Shown here piece by piece: positions 62,401 through 64,000 of a stretch of DNA of 64,000 nt; position 1 is the stretch's first letter; each line of letters opens with the position of its first letter. A program made the position numbers and the translations under genes. Source of the stretch: Halocafeteria seosinensis (lineage: Eukaryota); assembly GCA_001687465.1 (NCBI GenBank), contig LVLI01000282.1, positions 1 through 64,000 on the forward strand, read 5' to 3'. Under the pieces are notes generated by a model that saw only the letters and a program-made list of their open reading frames with translations, did no database searches and was not told the origin of the DNA.

Positions 62401-62711
62401 CAGAAATTGCTCAATTATGCAATTCCCCATACTGCAGGGGTTAATCCACGCCAAGCGAGGTAAGTCTTGTATTTATTAAGTTTGACTAATATTGCGCGTC
62501 AATCATAGGAAATGTATGCTGCAGGCGATTTACCGCACCGGATAACGTAAAACATATACCTGTGCGAGGAATCATTGATGGACCTCTTATCTGGAGATTC
62601 CTAGAGCAAACGGCCTCTTTACAGGATGAATTAGCTAGTGCAATAGGGACGAGTCGTGATACTGTTTACTCGGATTTACTCGAATGCGAGCGCTGTTCCG
62701 TGGCCTTTTAG
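56457..62711 (+). CDS. CPSF1: Cleavage and polyadenylation specificity factor subunit 1 (CPSF160), ~2037 aa (3 exons)
   Basis: Exons 56457-56798, 56875-62459 and 62525-62711. Motifs FLRGYIDPTVAILHEP, PIGGVIVLCTNAILY, FFGSRVSDSLL, VKNYIVLGDLFQSV..L.W, LLAKD, PHTAGVNPR and IIDGPLIWRF. Confidence 0.93.
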
Positions 62712-62924
62712 GTGTTTGGTGAGCTGTTTATCTTCCACAAGAACAGAACGGAAGTGCTGCGCGGCGAGTAGTTGGATATTCTTCCTAATGGTATCCACGA
62801 GCGCTCCGAGAACCGACTGCAACAGTGGTACCACAGACGTCTGCATTTGTTTTACAATTCGTAGAAAGTGTAAGAATTCCACTCGAGTTCCACGCATGGA
62901 GTTAATCAAAAATCAAAACAGTTT

Positions 62925-63660
62925 CCAAAAATTTCATGACTCTCCTACTTTGTTTGGTAGGATTGTGTCAAAAGTTTCATGATTTCTTACACAATTACCT
63001 TACAACAGTTAGCCACCGGTTATCAGCCTTACGTTCCTCCTTTAGGTGGTATCCTTCCCGTGCCTGACACCTCCGGTTTGGGTCATAGTCCCCACCCACC
63101 CAATGGCCACCGCGGTAGGGTGGGGTTCATTCAACCTGGCTTTTACAAGGTTGTCACTGATTCTCTGCCTACTTCTATTGGGTCGGACGATCGTTTTCGA
63201 CCGTTGTGAGAAGGGAAACTCTCAGCGGAACCTGGAAGAGGTGAGTAACATGGATTATGGACGCCTGATTTGACCCCACCGCCCCGAAAAACTCATGTTG
63301 GAGGAGTTGCTTCTTTTCGTTCCAATGCTGGCATTTTCGGTCCTTCCAGTCCCACCTGAGGCTTACCATGTGGAAGACTATTGATTTCTATTGCCCACAG
63401 TGCGGCAGTCTCTTGGAGAGCTGGTGTCTGTTGAATGTGGCAGGGGCGAAAGGAGTCCGGAGCCGATACATGCTTCATTTGCCGAGCTTGATTGCTGGCT
63501 TCCTCCCTCCTGTAGCGCCCATTTGATGGCACGACATCTTATTCTATCCATGTTGGTTTCCTCATGGCCGAAGGGTTTGCTTCCATGTAGACGAGAACGA
63601 GTGTATGGACGGCAGGAAGCCATCAACGTAGTGAAGCGGTCACACGGCCCTGCTCGACTA
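62925..63660 (-). ncRNA. Candidate long structured non-coding RNA, family unidentified
   Basis: No convincing ORF. More than a dozen hand-found 5-9-bp helices, largely nested, with G-U wobbles mostly favouring the minus strand. Sm-site-like AAUUUUUGG at 62933-62925 and a USE-like motif ~60 nt upstream. Confidence 0.45.
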
Positions 63661-63712
63661 CCCTTAGTATTCCTTTTTGTATTTTTGAACTTGGTGGAAG
63701 CTTCAATTTGAT

Positions 63713-63722
63713 AGACGTGGGA
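63713..63722 (-). promoter_or_regulatory. USE-like snRNA-type promoter element (putative)
   Basis: TCCCACGTCT on minus, an 8/10 match to the plant USE core TCCCACATCG, ~55-65 nt upstream of the start of the structured region. There is only an A-rich, non-canonical box at about -30. Confidence 0.3.
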
Positions 63723-63877
63723 GGGATATATGATGTTTTGGGCAAGGTGCAAATGTTACCAGAAGGACGTTTGATTTCTTTTGTTCGGTTTGTTGCAGGC
63801 ACGTTACTCTATCGAAGGAAAAGAGTGCATGTCGTACAGTCGAAGTTGCAATTAAGACTATTACGACTCGGGATAAA

Positions 63878-64000
63878 ATGCCTCGAAAACGCAACAAATC
63901 CAGTTCCAACACTGCTGCCAATCGATCCAAGGAATCAGGCTCTCAAGCTCAGCAGAAGCAAAACACGAGCGCAAGGGTGGATACGTCTGCCTCGGCGCCT
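63878..64000 (+). CDS. 5' end of a gene running off the right edge
   Basis: ggataaaATG context (same as at the CCDC180 start) opens MPRKRNKSSSNTAANRSKESGSQAQQKQNTSARVDTSASAP with no stop to the window end. Confidence 0.55.
   Translation, partial: MPRKRNKSSSNTAANRSKESGSQAQQKQNTSARVDTSASAP

Noticed and set aside
62676..62909. Protein-like 77-aa minus-strand ORF overlapping the CPSF1 3' end
   Set aside because: Short, antisense to the last CPSF1 exon and UTR, and has no recognisable motif.
63125..63160. SECIS-like GUGA...AAAA...UGA hairpin on minus
   Set aside because: The upper helix is only ~8 bp (SECIS needs ~11-13) and there is no upstream same-strand gene with an in-frame UGA.
63003..63370. 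RNase P/MRP RNA (3' AUAACCGGUGGCUAAC resembles CR-V; GGCAGAGA resembles GARAR)
   Set aside because: No matching CR-I (GAAAGUCC-type) strand able to form a full P4 was found.
63370..63420. Group I intron R/S-like pair (GAGACUG...AUAGUC) on minus
   Set aside because: No P/Q elements and no rRNA host context; it is explained as a simple local helix.
63440..63660. SRP (7SL) RNA: 5' GUCGAGC start and a UGUGA (UGUNR-like) motif on minus
   Set aside because: No helix-8 CAGG-GNRA-AGCA symmetric loop or helix-6 GNAR loop in the hand-derived fold, so not assigned without a covariance-model search.
1..64000. CRISPR arrays, tRNA/rRNA genes, prokaryotic operons, non-GT-AG or repeated (introner) introns
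   Set aside because: None seen by eye. All junctions I traced are GT-AG and the window is clearly eukaryotic, though not every CCDC180 junction was traced.

Overview
Gene-dense eukaryotic nuclear DNA (~47% GC by eye) with short GT-AG spliceosomal introns (mostly ~60-90 nt) and the standard genetic code, probably from a flagellated protist (stramenopile-like; this is inference). I can reconstruct about 17 complete and 2 edge-truncated protein genes: a TPR-MYND-SET (SMYD-type) methyltransferase, a small spliced coiled-coil ORF, two tandem anoctamins with identical 17-intron structure, CCDC180, a signal-peptide/REDL-tailed CS(p23)-domain protein, a GCR1/cAR-type GPCR, a PAS-less TmcB/C-like membrane protein, a divergent TSC1/hamartin candidate, GBF1/GNOM ARF-GEF, a protein made of two copies of an unrecognised ~230-aa domain, a Tim17-like protein, a TPR protein, an M1 aminopeptidase, a coiled-coil protein, a SAM-methyltransferase-TPR protein and an enlarged CPSF1. 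There is also a frameshifted hAT transposase remnant at ~3.0-3.4 kb. The most unexpected signal is a ~650-730-nt, apparently non-coding, densely base-pairing region on the minus strand (~63660 to ~62925), with a USE-like element upstream and an Sm-site-like motif at its 3' end. I could not assign it to a known RNA family. All assignments come from manual reading and motif recall; no searches or folding programs were run.
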